64,000 nucleotides of DNA from Gemmatimonas sp. (GTDB taxonomy: Bacteria; Gemmatimonadota; Gemmatimonadetes; Gemmatimonadales; Gemmatimonadaceae). The DNA lies in the NCBI GenBank assembly GCA_031414535.1, contig JANNVQ010000014.1, positions 293,961-357,960 of the forward strand, given 5' to 3'. The notes under the pieces were generated by a model. That model saw only the letters and a list, made by a program, of their open reading frames with translations. It searched no databases and had not been told where the DNA came from. How positions within the stretch are numbered: the first letter of the stretch is position 1; every line of letters starts with the position of its first letter. This document shows, in pieces, positions 48,991 to 59,675 of this stretch. Made by a program: the position numbers and the translations under genes.

Positions 48991-50574
48991 TCAGTCTTCG
49001 CCGGGAGTCCACGGGCGCAGTGTCATCTGCATTTCATCAAGCAGATACGACCTGCGCCCGTCGGCTTTTTGTAGCAGCGCGAGGTCAGCCTCGCGGCCAA
49101 GGTCTCGCACAATCCACGTCGGTGTCGTGCTTGGCGGTCCGAGCACATCCCAGAGGGTGAAGTGCGGATTGTACGCGATGTCTCGCCTCACGAAAATCAC
49201 GACGCGGGGGTCTGGCAGCTCACGCACGAGGGCCTGGGCGAGGCGTTGGCGGGCGGTAGGAATGGACTTGAATTCCTTTCGGTTCGGCCACTGCGCGAGA
49301 TTGCCGACAACAATCACAGTAAATGCTACAAGCGCGATTGGCAGAAGTCGGCGCGGGATACGCGATACGACAATCGCCACCGCCGCACCCACAATCGGAA
49401 ACAGCTCCAGATAGTAGATGGTCCAGCCCGGAGTGTGTGGCATCAAGGTGTAGACGCCAAAGAACAGCGCGACTGAACTGGCGAAGAATGCCGCCACCGA
49501 GCCGCCGAGGAGCAAGAACCCGATCGGTGCCACGACGGCGACGGCTCCCGCCCAACTGCCCACAGCGTCTGATCCCGTCCAGGCGCTTCGGTAGAGCATG
49601 TACTCAGGAATCCGCGATGCGCGGTGGTCTTGGTATGGGGCGCGCGTGGCGTTGACGAAGGCCGCGTAGTCAGGCGGCAGCTCTCGACGCGGAGGAGTCG
49701 TATCACGCGTGAAGCCCGGCATGTCCCAGGGGAAGTATTCCTGCGAGTACGCGCTGTAGGGCATTCGTCTCGGGCTGCCCATCGTACGCCAACTCCAGTA
49801 CGGCACAATTGCGCAAATGGCGACACCAACCAGCGCGGCGATTCGCCACCCCGCAAGCTCCCGCATCTTCCACGCGCGGAACAGCAGCACGGCGGCAATG
49901 GGGATTGCGAGCGCGATGCCAGTCACGGGACGAGTAATTCCGAGTACGCCCACGCACGCGACCAATGCTATCAGCGGCCTTGGGCGAGGGCGCTCCAACC
50001 AGAAGTGCAGCGCGAGCAGCGCGCCAAGATATAACGGTGCTGTGGCCGTCTCGGAGAAATAGCTCGCGTGCCAATCCATGGCCGTGGCTGCGCTGGCCCA
50101 GAGCGACCACGCACCAAGTGCGACCCAAGGCCCTGCCACGCGGCGCACAAGAATCACGAGCAGAAACGCAGTGAGCCCTGCGAAGAGTACGGGCATCAGT
50201 CCCGGCAAGCCGAGCATCACGCCGGGCGCTAGCAACAAGGCAAAGCCTGGCGGATACTTGGCAAAGATCGCCGGCTCGACGAAGACGTGCGGCATCTCCC
50301 AAAATATCGGCAAGGGAGGCGCTGGCGCCGTCCAAGAGCCGTGGGCGAGCAAGCGCGCCTGTACGAGGTAAGCGCGCTCGTCGTGAAAGGCGCCCGGTTG
50401 ATCGAGCCCGCCCCACATCCAAGTCACGGCAAGGCAAGTGAGCATCGCCGCCAACAATGGAAACAGCGGGCCCTCGAGGAATGACTGCACTGCAGAGCGA
50501 ATCGGGTGTGTGCGCGCGAATTCAGGCGCGGGGGCGGCACTCTCCCAAGAGCTCACGCGATCAATTGCTCGCAA
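48991..50574 (-). CDS. Polytopic GT-C (ArnT/PMT-like) glycosyltransferase
   Basis: DERAY after the first TM, KYPPG, SE, TRP; many TM helices. Confidence 0.7.
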   Translation of the reverse strand: MRAIDRVSSWESAAPAPEFARTHPIRSAVQSFLEGPLFPLLAAMLTCLAVTWMWGGLDQPGAFHDERAYLVQARLLAHGSWTAPAPPLPIFWEMPHVFVEPAIFAKYPPGFALLLAPGVMLGLPGLMPVLFAGLTAFLLVILVRRVAGPWVALGAWSLWASAATAMDWHASYFSETATAPLYLGALLALHFWLERPRPRPLIALVACVGVLGITRPVTGIALAIPIAAVLLFRAWKMRELAGWRIAALVGVAICAIVPYWSWRTMGSPRRMPYSAYSQEYFPWDMPGFTRDTTPPRRELPPDYAAFVNATRAPYQDHRASRIPEYMLYRSAWTGSDAVGSWAGAVAVVAPIGFLLLGGSVAAFFASSVALFFGVYTLMPHTPGWTIYYLELFPIVGAAVAIVVSRIPRRLLPIALVAFTVIVVGNLAQWPNRKEFKSIPTARQRLAQALVRELPDPRVVIFVRRDIAYNPHFTLWDVLGPPSTTPTWIVRDLGREADLALLQKADGRRSYLLDEMQMTLRPWTPGED

Positions 50575-51526
50575 CAGGGCGCGTCTTGCACTCGTCGAGT
50601 GGCAAGGCCAGCCAGTACCGCCGCAGATACGTCAAGTAGCTGCCTCGCCGCTCGAGCTGCCGGGCCAAGGGATGCGAATTCATCTCCGCATCAGCTCGCG
50701 GGAGATTGTAGTAGGGGATGCCGACCCAGAGATGATGCGCCACGTGATAGTTCATGTTCATCGGCGCCACGAACCAGCGCTCAAGCGCGTTGCTCTCGAA
50801 GGTGACGAGCCGATGCTCATCCGCGCGTAGGTCCGCTTCTGGATGCGAGTGTTCCACGAAAGAGCGAAAGAGATCCGCGAGATACGTGAACACATACACC
50901 GGGAGCAACCACATGAGTGGATATCCCCACCAGCCAAAGGCGAGAGTCAGTCCACCGATGAGCGCGAGCTGCCAACCCCCGAGTATGGCAAGGTCTCGCA
51001 AGGTGTAGCGCTCACCTTTGCTGCGATTGCCGACAAACACATTGCGTGCCGCACGCCAGACGCTGCTCAGTCCCACTAAGAACGCCGCTAGCTCAACCCG
51101 TTCCGTCTTGTTGAAGCAGGCGTGCTTGAAGCGATCGGGATCATCTTCGTTTCCCAAGTTCTGGTGATGTGCGAGATGGTTACGATTGTTGAGTCGCGTG
51201 ATTGCGCCGATCGGACCAAGGATGAAAAGATCGGTGAACCAATCGTTCTGGGCGCGGGTGGGGAAGATGCGACGATGTAAGCCGTCGTGGCCAATGATGA
51301 AGAGGCCATAGTAGCGAGTTCCAACGATGATGGCTGCAAGTACGCAGACCCAAACGCGACCGTCCCAAGCAGCGAGCGTCCAGGCGCCAACAATCAAGAC
51401 CCAACACAGCAGAGTGTCTCGCACAGCGATTGCCGGACGCAACACGCTGAGTTCCTTGACTCGTGCCGGGGGCAGGAGATCGCTGCGGTACGGCTGGTAC
51501 GGGTCTATGGTCTCGCTCTGGGACAT
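50561..51526 (-). CDS. Membrane fatty-acid desaturase family protein
   Basis: His boxes HDGLH, HLAHH, YHVAHH. Confidence 0.9.
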   Translation of the reverse strand: MSQSETIDPYQPYRSDLLPPARVKELSVLRPAIAVRDTLLCWVLIVGAWTLAAWDGRVWVCVLAAIIVGTRYYGLFIIGHDGLHRRIFPTRAQNDWFTDLFILGPIGAITRLNNRNHLAHHQNLGNEDDPDRFKHACFNKTERVELAAFLVGLSSVWRAARNVFVGNRSKGERYTLRDLAILGGWQLALIGGLTLAFGWWGYPLMWLLPVYVFTYLADLFRSFVEHSHPEADLRADEHRLVTFESNALERWFVAPMNMNYHVAHHLWVGIPYYNLPRADAEMNSHPLARQLERRGSYLTYLRRYWLALPLDECKTRPVASN

Positions 51527-51535
51527 ACTTGGAAT

Positions 51536-52474
51536 TTACTCTTCGCGCCGACGCGCCAACACGAGCATCGCCGAAGTCTTTGCGCCCACCATGCCGCGTG
51601 CCAGGTCAAACGCGGTGGCGGCAGCCAGCGGTATCACGTTCCGCATGGGATCAAAGCGATTCGCCAAGGCCGGCCGCGGATGCGGGCCATACCGCAGACG
51701 ATGATGTAACGAATACATCCAGAACGAGTGCCCTGTTTGGTAGCGTAGCGCGAAAGGCTCGAAGCCCTGCGATCGCAACATTTCCTGCAGAGTGTCTGGG
51801 GTGAACAAAGTCCAGTGCCGCGGGAAGTGGTAGCCACCCCACCAGCGATCGTGGAACAGGCGAGCGTCGAGACTGTCGAAGTTGGGGGTCTCCAGCGCCA
51901 GCACGCCACCGGGCGCCAACCATTCCCTCACGCGCCGCAGCACTTCCGACGGTGCGTCCACATGCTCGATTACGTGGAACATCGTGGCGAGATCAAGCGA
52001 ACCCTTTGGAATCTCCGTACAAGTCTCCACTCGGGAGCGGTGCGCCCGATAGCCCTCCGCTCGCAGGCGATCCACCGTCGCTGCATCGAGTTCGAGTCCG
52101 TGGATGTTCGACTTTGCGATGCCGTGGGCGTGCATGGCGCGTAGGTAGCGTCCGGTGCCGCAGCCGATATCGGCGTAACTCCGCACTGCGCGCCCAACCG
52201 AACCGAGGATGCTGGAGAGCTTCCTGCGGTCGAGCAGCTCCTTCGCCTTGCGCGCGAGCCAAGGAATGCTTTCGTACTGATAGGCGTAATACGTAGATGG
52301 ATAAATGGTCCCCAGGGCTTCGACGGCGGGCCGCGGATTCAAGCGCACCAGATTACAACCACTACAGCGAACGAAGTGCCACTCGTTGCGACAAGTGCGT
52401 AGCTCAAAGTCGCGTCCACTCGCGACCGATTCGCTCGCATCGCTCCCACAGTGGTCGCAATGCGGCACGGCCAC
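51536..52474 (-). CDS. Class I SAM methyltransferase with an N-terminal Zn site
   Basis: CDHC..CSGC, DIGCGTG, HVIEH, ETPN. Confidence 0.88.
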   Translation of the reverse strand: MAVPHCDHCGSDASESVASGRDFELRTCRNEWHFVRCSGCNLVRLNPRPAVEALGTIYPSTYYAYQYESIPWLARKAKELLDRRKLSSILGSVGRAVRSYADIGCGTGRYLRAMHAHGIAKSNIHGLELDAATVDRLRAEGYRAHRSRVETCTEIPKGSLDLATMFHVIEHVDAPSEVLRRVREWLAPGGVLALETPNFDSLDARLFHDRWWGGYHFPRHWTLFTPDTLQEMLRSQGFEPFALRYQTGHSFWMYSLHHRLRYGPHPRPALANRFDPMRNVIPLAAATAFDLARGMVGAKTSAMLVLARRREE

Positions 52475-52542
52475 CGTGGATATCGAGGGAATATCCGGCG
52501 CGGAGAATTCCCGGCGCTCGGCCTCGTTCTCGTTCTCGCTGC

Positions 52543-53238
52543 TCAGGGGACCCTCGCCAGCACCATATACTGTCCGCCGATTGGCAGGCGCGACACGAGA
52601 CGTTCCAGGCGCCGCACCATCGTAGCGCTCGATGGCAGAACAAACAGATGATCGGTCCTGAGCGTGCGGAAGCCCGCCTCTCGAAGCAGACGCCGCGTGG
52701 CAGGCGGACTCAACAGATCGGCATCCTTGTCAAACGCTACTCGCGACATCACGAGCCGCGTGCCTGGATTCCACGGGTTGTTCTCCCAGAGTCCCCAGAC
52801 ACCGCCGGGCTCCAGTGCGGCGCGCAATTGCCGCGCCGAATCCAAACGTCCCGCCCGAGGAATATGATGGAACACGCCGTTGCAGTACGCGGCGTCAAAC
52901 AGGCCAAATGAGGGCAAGTCCGCAACCGATGCCCACGTGGCCCAAGGATGCCTTGCTCTCGCGCGCGCGAGCATCGCTGAACTCACGTCCACGCCGACGA
53001 CTTCCGATGCCCCCAATACGTCCCTTAGTGTCGGGGCCGCGTCTCCATCTCCACAACCAAAGTCGAGCACGCGACGCACCGGCAAGCGCCCCAACGCCGC
53101 AAGGCGATCGCGCAGCCATCGCGCACGCTCCTCAGCGTAGTGTTGTTTATTTCCGCCCGTGAGCCTCAAGCCAGCGTCTAAATCCTCATCATACGCACGG
53201 GCATAGGAGTCAAACTCCGGTGTTGGCGACTCAGCCAT
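52543..53238 (-). CDS. Class I SAM methyltransferase
   Basis: FDSYA, LDFGCGDG, VFHHI, ENNPWNP. Confidence 0.88.
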   Translation of the reverse strand: MAESPTPEFDSYARAYDEDLDAGLRLTGGNKQHYAEERARWLRDRLAALGRLPVRRVLDFGCGDGDAAPTLRDVLGASEVVGVDVSSAMLARARARHPWATWASVADLPSFGLFDAAYCNGVFHHIPRAGRLDSARQLRAALEPGGVWGLWENNPWNPGTRLVMSRVAFDKDADLLSPPATRRLLREAGFRTLRTDHLFVLPSSATMVRRLERLVSRLPIGGQYMVLARVP

Positions 53239-54460
53239 CGACTCGACCCAACCCTTCAGGCGAAACGATGCCCTGCGATCCGGCAACTCGCTTCTGCATA
53301 CCCAGAATGCCAAGGAAGAACGAGCCGAAGAAGGCTTGCACGCCCAGCAGGACGAACAGGGCTCCAGGAATCACGCTCCGCAGCGTCTGCGAAATGTCGA
53401 GCTGGCCCCAACTCGCGGATCTCCACTCGAGCACGCTGCCGCCGAGGATGAGGGCGCCCGCGAGCGAGGTGCCGGCGCCGAGGAGCATTCCCGACTCCAA
53501 TGTGAGCGCGCGAAAGGTCCGCAGAAGGCGCGGATCGGCTGGCAGGAGATCTTCGTTGATGGCAAATACTTTCGTGAACACCGCAAAGAGCACGAGCTGG
53601 AATCCCAGCGAAACAAACAAGCTCCCAAACAACATCGTGCTAACGTCAAATGTCGCGAGGCCCACTGACAGGTTCAGGTATCCCGCCGCGAATGTGATGA
53701 TACCCGCCAGCATCAGCGTGATACCGGGCACCAAGAAGAGCCAACGCGGCGACAACAAGAGATAGAAGCGCAGCGTACGCCACCCGTCGCGCCAGGTACG
53801 TAAGTGCGGAGGATGCACCGTGCGCCCATCGCGATGCAAGGTGATGGGAACGTTCGCAATGCGCGCGCCAGACAGCGCCATCTTGAGGACCATCTCTGTG
53901 GCGAACTCCATCCCCGTGCAACGCTGACGCAAGCGCGCCTGATACTCGCGCGAGAACCCGCGAAGGCCGCAGTACGCATCATCCACGTTGGCGTGGAACC
54001 AGTTGCGCGCCATCCACGTGAACATCGGGTTTCCCCACCAGCGATGCAGAAACGGCATCGCTCCCGGTGCAATTTTTCCGCCACCGCTGGGTAGGCGGCA
54101 ACCCTGCACGAGCTCGTGACCCTCCCGCAACTTCTCAACAAAGCGCGGAATCTCGCGGAAGTCGTATGAATCATCCGCATCACCCATGATGACATAGCGA
54201 CCACGCGCAGCCGCGATTCCAGTCAGCAGCGCCGCGCCGTACCCGCGCTCCGCTGAGTGTACGACAGTCGCCCCAGATGTACGCGCCAACTCCTGCGATC
54301 CATCCGTGCTGCCGTTGTCAGCAACGATGACTTCACCTTGAACATTCGCGAGAGCAATTCCCTCCAGCGCCTTCTGCACGCAGACGGCAATGGTCTCGGC
54401 CTCGTTCAAACAGGGGATGACCACCGAGACGTCAGGCCCTGCACTCTCAGGAATCAACAC
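53231..54460 (-). CDS. GT2 polyprenol-phosphate glycosyltransferase (DPM1/ArnC-like) with C-terminal TMs
   Basis: IPCLNE, DNGSTDGS, GYG, MGDADDSYD. Confidence 0.9.
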   Translation of the reverse strand: MLIPESAGPDVSVVIPCLNEAETIAVCVQKALEGIALANVQGEVIVADNGSTDGSQELARTSGATVVHSAERGYGAALLTGIAAARGRYVIMGDADDSYDFREIPRFVEKLREGHELVQGCRLPSGGGKIAPGAMPFLHRWWGNPMFTWMARNWFHANVDDAYCGLRGFSREYQARLRQRCTGMEFATEMVLKMALSGARIANVPITLHRDGRTVHPPHLRTWRDGWRTLRFYLLLSPRWLFLVPGITLMLAGIITFAAGYLNLSVGLATFDVSTMLFGSLFVSLGFQLVLFAVFTKVFAINEDLLPADPRLLRTFRALTLESGMLLGAGTSLAGALILGGSVLEWRSASWGQLDISQTLRSVIPGALFVLLGVQAFFGSFFLGILGMQKRVAGSQGIVSPEGLGRVDG

Positions 54461-55533
54461 AAATGCACCGCCATTGCCTTGAAAGTTGCCACGACCGCGA
54501 GCCCTGGCTCCAACTTGAGCTCCAACACCGAACGCGTGGTGAGCGCCGCCACAAGTGGCACACCTCGAACTTCCACCGTCACACGGGTGAGCGCCCCAAG
54601 CGTCTGCACCTCGATGATGCGCCCCGAAAAACGATTACGCGCCGAGTCAAAGGTCTGATCGCGCGAGATGGTGATCTCCTCGGCGCGAAGGACGGCGTGC
54701 CCAGCACCTGGCGCGAAATCGCCAACGGCGTACAACGTGAGCCCTTCCGTCTCGAACGCAAAGGCGCGATGCCCCTGCGAGTAGATGCTCGGGTCACCCT
54801 CCACCCAGTCGGGCGCGGCCGCACCCAACTCACGCGCCGTACCACCGAACACGTTCTCCGCGCCAAGGAACTCCGCCACGTAGGGCGACGCCGGTTTGCG
54901 AAACACCTCCGCCGGCGTGCCCTGCTGCAACACGCGCCCCGCATCGAGTAGCACCGCACGATCACCCAGCAAGCCGGCCTCGGCAAAATCGTGCGTCACC
55001 TGCAGCGTGGTGAGGCCCCACTCGCGATGCATGGCGCGGACTTCGCGACGCACCAGAGTGCGGCGGCGCGGATCAAGCGCCGAGAACGGTTCGTCGAGCA
55101 ACAGCAGCTTAGGGCGCCGCGCCAGCGCACGCGCCAGAGCCACAATCTGACGTTCACCGCCCGAGAGCGCCAACACATCGCGGCTGTACAGGGAAGCGAC
55201 ATCGAGACGCGCTTCCACTTCGCGCAGCACCGCATCGTCCCTCGCACCGTAGGCGACGTTTTCTCGCACACTTAAATGTGGAAACAGAAACGCGTGCTGG
55301 TACACGAGCGACAACTCACGTTCCTCGGGCCGCATCCTGTGCGCATCACGCCCGCCGATGGTGACGCTCCCACGCTCGGGCGCCAGCAAGCCAGCAATGA
55401 CTTCGAGCATGGTGGTCTTCCCAGAGCCAGCCGGCCCGATCACCACGCCATACTCGCCGGCGGCGAGCGACACCGTGACGTCGCTAAGGTGAAAGCGCCC
55501 CTTACGAGCCGAGACCCCAGAGAGCGCGATCAC
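54454..55533 (-). CDS. Tungstate/molybdate ABC transporter ATPase with TOBE domain (WtpC/ModC-like)
   Basis: GPAGSGKTT, LSGGE, LLDEP, SARNRF..TOBE. Confidence 0.88.
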   Translation of the reverse strand: MIALSGVSARKGRFHLSDVTVSLAAGEYGVVIGPAGSGKTTMLEVIAGLLAPERGSVTIGGRDAHRMRPEERELSLVYQHAFLFPHLSVRENVAYGARDDAVLREVEARLDVASLYSRDVLALSGGERQIVALARALARRPKLLLLDEPFSALDPRRRTLVRREVRAMHREWGLTTLQVTHDFAEAGLLGDRAVLLDAGRVLQQGTPAEVFRKPASPYVAEFLGAENVFGGTARELGAAAPDWVEGDPSIYSQGHRAFAFETEGLTLYAVGDFAPGAGHAVLRAEEITISRDQTFDSARNRFSGRIIEVQTLGALTRVTVEVRGVPLVAALTTRSVLELKLEPGLAVVATFKAMAVHLC

Positions 55534-56342
55534 TTACCACCGCCCGCATCCGTCATCCGTCTTCCGTCCGCGCGCAACGCGCGCAACAGCGTCAGCGGAA
55601 TCAGCGCCAACAACGCCAACACCGCCGCCACCGGCAACGCTTCCTTCAGCCCAAACGACGTGAAGCGGTCATAGCTCAACACACTGGCGACTTTTGGATT
55701 GTATGTCAGGATGACAATGGCGCCAAACTCCGATACGGCGCGCGCCCACATCACCACAGCGCTGGCGAGCAAGCCGCGCGAGGCCAGCGGAAGCGTCACA
55801 CGCCGGAACGCCCGCCAAGGAGCATCGCCCAGTGTGCGTGCCACTCCCTCGTAGCGCGGATCAACCTTCGCAAAGGCCTCACGGGCGCCACTCACAAACA
55901 GCGGCGCTGACACAAAGAGCATCGCCGCGATGATGCCCAGTGGACTCCCAACAATCCTGAGGCCCACATCCAACGCCGCCCCGCCTAAGGCACTCTCCCG
56001 CCCGAGCAACAACAACAGCGCGATGCCCGCCACCGGATGCGGAATCACCAGCGGAAGGTCCAACAGCGCCGCAAGCACCGCACGGCCGGGAAACTCACGC
56101 CTCGCCAGTAGCCAAGCCAGAGGAGTACCGCCGAGCACTCCCAGCAAAGTCGCCGCAGTGGCTGTGAATCCCGTGAGTAAAAGCGACGAGCGCAACTCCG
56201 CGTCAGAGCCAAGCCGCAACAAACCGTCAGCACCACCTTCGGTGACGAGTCGAAGGATGGGCGCCGCGAGAAACACCAGCAGCAGCGAGGCCATCAGCGC
56301 CGCCACTACGCTCAACACCGCGTGCGTACTGCGACTCGGCAT
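55530..56342 (-). CDS. Tungstate/molybdate ABC permease (WtpB/ModB-like)
   Basis: DLPLVIPHPVAG, ARTLG, WARAVSEFGA. Confidence 0.9.
   Translation of the reverse strand: MPSRSTHAVLSVVAALMASLLLVFLAAPILRLVTEGGADGLLRLGSDAELRSSLLLTGFTATAATLLGVLGGTPLAWLLARREFPGRAVLAALLDLPLVIPHPVAGIALLLLLGRESALGGAALDVGLRIVGSPLGIIAAMLFVSAPLFVSGAREAFAKVDPRYEGVARTLGDAPWRAFRRVTLPLASRGLLASAVVMWARAVSEFGAIVILTYNPKVASVLSYDRFTSFGLKEALPVAAVLALLALIPLTLLRALRADGRRMTDAGGGK
55546..55569 (-). repeat. Family A arm inside the permease 3' end
   Basis: GCATCCGTCATCCGTCTTCCGTCC, read as DGRRMTDA. Confidence 0.85.
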
Positions 56343-56379
56343 CAGGACCTAGCGTTGATGGTCGGCATTGGACTCCACA

Positions 56380-57306
56380 TCAGCGCATCGCGTGGAGGGC
56401 CAGTACACCCGCGCTCGCGCGTCCCGTCTCGATGCGCGGCAGGGCAAATACGTCCAAGCCTTCTCGGCGGAGAATCGTCTTGCCTTCCTCCGACACAAGG
56501 AAGGTCACGAAGCGCTGCGCGAGAGCCGCGTTCGGCGCCTTGAGCGGTACGGCAAAGGCATACACGATGGGTTCGCCTCTGAACTCCACGCTCGCACCCT
56601 GAGTCGCGCCACGCACGTTGACCGAGGCGGTGGCGTAAAAGGCTGCCAGCTCTGTGTTGGACAGGTCCACCGAGTCTCCCAGCAACACGTAGCGCAGCCC
56701 TGTGCCTTTCGCCACAGACTCATACGACCAGATGTAGTCAAACTCACCGGCCTCAAGCAGACCCACGAGGTCGGCTTCCTTGGGCCGCACATTCCTTGCC
56801 GGCGCGCGAGCCAAAAGTTGGTCGGCAAGCCCAGCGCGTCCGAGCGAGCGCTCAGCCAACTGCCACACCATCAGCGTGCGATACCCGTTGGGATCCAACT
56901 CAGGATTCGAACGCCCCACTTCCACATCAGCGCGAGTCAGAACCTCAGTCCAGTTCGCCGTGCTCATGTCGCCAGCGTGCTTTGAGCGCTCGGTGTAGGC
57001 GACGACCATGCGATTGTGCGCAAACAGCGTGTACTGCTCCACGAAGCTCGGCATCAGATACCGCGGAAACACCTCGGCGTCCGCCAGCGCGATGAAATCA
57101 GGAATCTTCCCGAGCTCGGTGAGCTTACGCGCACTCTCTAGGGACCCCGCACTTTCTTGCGCAATCGCCACACCCTCACGGCGCGCGAAGGTGTCCAAGG
57201 CCGCCTTCAAGGGCCGGGCCAAAGAGCCGGCGTTGAAGACGGTCAGCGTGGACTCGGGGCTGTGGGGGGCGCAGCCAAGCGCGAGCAGAATCAGCAGGAA
57301 GCGCAT
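56380..57306 (-). CDS. wtpA: WtpA-type tungstate/molybdate-binding lipoprotein
   Basis: Lipobox LGC; NAGSL, SNPELDPNGYR, RPKE, DYIWSYES, PIVY. Confidence 0.8.
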   Translation of the reverse strand: MRFLLILLALGCAPHSPESTLTVFNAGSLARPLKAALDTFARREGVAIAQESAGSLESARKLTELGKIPDFIALADAEVFPRYLMPSFVEQYTLFAHNRMVVAYTERSKHAGDMSTANWTEVLTRADVEVGRSNPELDPNGYRTLMVWQLAERSLGRAGLADQLLARAPARNVRPKEADLVGLLEAGEFDYIWSYESVAKGTGLRYVLLGDSVDLSNTELAAFYATASVNVRGATQGASVEFRGEPIVYAFAVPLKAPNAALAQRFVTFLVSEEGKTILRREGLDVFALPRIETGRASAGVLALHAMR

Positions 57307-57320
57307 GGGTTAAACCTACC

Positions 57321-57382
57321 GGACGGAAGACGGATGACGGAAGCCAAAGACGGGCTGTTCGCTTCCATCATCCGTCATCCGG
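57321..57382. repeat. Family A element between divergent operons
   Basis: GGACGGAAGACGGATGACGGAAGC ... GCTTCCATCATCCGTCATCCGG. Confidence 0.8.
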
Positions 57383-57418
57383 CCTGTATCTTCCCTGCAT
57401 CTCTCCCCCGAGCACACA

Positions 57419-58384
57419 TTGACCCAACTCGCCCTCGAAGTCCGTGGCGTCAACAAACGCTACGCCGAGCATACCGCTGTCCGCGACCTATCTCTGGCCG
57501 TCCCGCAGGGCACGGTCTACGGACTCCTCGGCCCCAACGGCGCTGGCAAAACGACCACCATTCGCATGATTCTGAACGTGATTGCGCCAGATTCCGGTAC
57601 GATCACAGTGCTCGGCAAATCCAATCGCGATTCATCTATTCAGAATCGCGTCGGTTACCTCCCCGAAGAGCGCGGTCTCTACAAGAAGATGGTGGTGCGC
57701 GATGTGCTGCGCTTCCTCGCCGAGCTGAAGGGCGTGGGCCGCAAGGACGCCGACCGCGCGATTGATGAATGGCTGGATCGCCTGACGCTGCGCAGCGCCG
57801 AGAAGGACTGGGGCAAGGCCAAGGTGGATGAGCTCTCGCGCGGCATGCAACAGAAGGTGCAGTTCATCGGCACCCTGCTGCACGATCCCGACATGGTGAT
57901 TCTCGACGAGCCCTTCAGCGGCCTCGACCCCATCAATGCGCAAGCGCTCAAGGACACGGTTGTTGAACTGCGTCGCCGCGGCAAGACGGTGATCTTCTCC
58001 ACGCACCTGATGGACAACGCGGAGCGCCTGTGCGACTCCGTGTGCATCATCGCGCGCGGCGACAAGGTGCTCGACGGCAGCGTCGCCGACGTGAAGGCCG
58101 AGAACGCCGGCCGTACCATTGCACTGGCTCTCGATGGTGGCGCAAATCCCGCCGTGATGCAGGTGCTCGGGGACCGCAGCTTGGTGGAACGCGTAGACGA
58201 CAACACGCGCTACTTCGAAGTCGAACTCACCGCCCACGGCGATTCGCAGCAGTTGCTACAGCGCCTCGTAGCTGCGGGCGCAAACATCGCACGATTCGAG
58301 CGGGTGCAGCCTTCGCTGCATCAGATCTTCCTGCAGCGTGTCGGCGCCACGGGCGTCGAAGAGGGGATGAGCGGTCATGGCTAA
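57419..58384 (+). CDS. ABC-2 ATP-binding protein (NatA/YhaQ-like)
   Basis: GPNGAGKTT, GYLPEERGLY, LSRGMQQK, DEPFSGLDP. Confidence 0.92.
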   Translation: MTQLALEVRGVNKRYAEHTAVRDLSLAVPQGTVYGLLGPNGAGKTTTIRMILNVIAPDSGTITVLGKSNRDSSIQNRVGYLPEERGLYKKMVVRDVLRFLAELKGVGRKDADRAIDEWLDRLTLRSAEKDWGKAKVDELSRGMQQKVQFIGTLLHDPDMVILDEPFSGLDPINAQALKDTVVELRRRGKTVIFSTHLMDNAERLCDSVCIIARGDKVLDGSVADVKAENAGRTIALALDGGANPAVMQVLGDRSLVERVDDNTRYFEVELTAHGDSQQLLQRLVAAGANIARFERVQPSLHQIFLQRVGATGVEEGMSGHG

Positions 58385-59675
58385 GCTCTGGGCAGTCATC
58401 AAGCGTGAGTACCTCGAGCGTGTGCGCACGGTGTGGTTCATCGTGGTCACGGTGCTTGGGCCGCTCTTTTTCGCGACCATCATGATTCTTCCCGGCTACC
58501 TCTCGGTGAAGGGCATGCGCGAGGCGCGGGTCTCCAACCTCACCATCCTCGACGCCACCGGCGCGGGCTTGGGGCAGCGTGTGGCCGAGCGATTGGCCAC
58601 GCCGCAACTCAACTCGGCCAGCGATGCGCAGAAGCTCGCGCGCGTGGACACGGTGAGCAACGCCGAGATCGCCGCAAAGGAGGCGGAGTTCGTCGCCGCC
58701 ATCCAAGCCCGCGAGATGAACGGCGTGCTGATTCTCGACTCCGCCACGATGCAGACTGGCCGCGCCCGCTATTTGGGCCGCGATGCCGGCTCGGTAGGCC
58801 AGGTTGAGGCCATCGAGGGGGCCACACGCACAGCCTTCGTCGCCACGCGGTTAAACAATGCCGGGTTGAGCTCCGAAGTCGCCAACGAACTCTCGCGCCT
58901 GCGCATCAATCTTTCGGCCGAGAAGGTGACGGATAAGGGCAAGGAAGGCAGCGGCCTCGCCTCGACGCTTTTCGGGTTTGGCATCGCCTTCCTGCTGTAC
59001 ATGAGCATCATCCTCTACGGCCAAAACGTGCTCCGCGGCGTGCTTGAGGAAAAGACCACGCGCGTGGCTGAGGTGATCGTCTCAAGCGTCAGCCCCGACA
59101 CGCTGCTGGCCGGCAAGGTGATTGGCGTGGGTGCGGTCGGCCTCACGCAGATGCTGGTGTGGACCTCGAGCGGCATCGCATTCTGGACGCAGCGCAGCCG
59201 CATCTTCGAGGCACTGGGCGTACCGGCCATGCCAAGTTTGGCCTTCCCGAGCATCGATCCGCTCGTCATGGTGGCCCTCCTCCTGTTCTTCATCCTTGGC
59301 TACACGTTTTACTCGTCGCTCTTCGCTGCCGTAGGCGCGATGGTGGGCTCGATGGAAGAGGCCCAGCAGGCTAGCCAGCCGATTCTTATGCTGCTCATCT
59401 TCAGCATCATCTTCGTCCAGCCGGTGATGACGGACCCCACGGGCAAGATGGCGGTGGTCCTCAGCTTCTTGCCCTGGTCAGCGCCGATCATCATGCCGAT
59501 GCGCATGACCGCAACGCCGGTGCCGCCAATGGAGATTGTGGCGTCATTGCTGAGCGTGGCGGTCGCCTGTGCGGCGGCCATCTGGGTCTCAGCGCGCATT
59601 TACCGCGTGGGCTTGCTCATGTACGGCAAGCGGCCAAGCATCAAGGAGCTCGTGCGCTGGATTCGGCAGGCGTAA
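58377..59675 (+). CDS. ABC-2 permease (NatB/YhaP-like)
   Basis: KREYLERVR, EEKTTRVAE, IYRVGLLMYGK. Confidence 0.92.
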   Translation: MAKLWAVIKREYLERVRTVWFIVVTVLGPLFFATIMILPGYLSVKGMREARVSNLTILDATGAGLGQRVAERLATPQLNSASDAQKLARVDTVSNAEIAAKEAEFVAAIQAREMNGVLILDSATMQTGRARYLGRDAGSVGQVEAIEGATRTAFVATRLNNAGLSSEVANELSRLRINLSAEKVTDKGKEGSGLASTLFGFGIAFLLYMSIILYGQNVLRGVLEEKTTRVAEVIVSSVSPDTLLAGKVIGVGAVGLTQMLVWTSSGIAFWTQRSRIFEALGVPAMPSLAFPSIDPLVMVALLLFFILGYTFYSSLFAAVGAMVGSMEEAQQASQPILMLLIFSIIFVQPVMTDPTGKMAVVLSFLPWSAPIIMPMRMTATPVPPMEIVASLLSVAVACAAAIWVSARIYRVGLLMYGKRPSIKELVRWIRQA

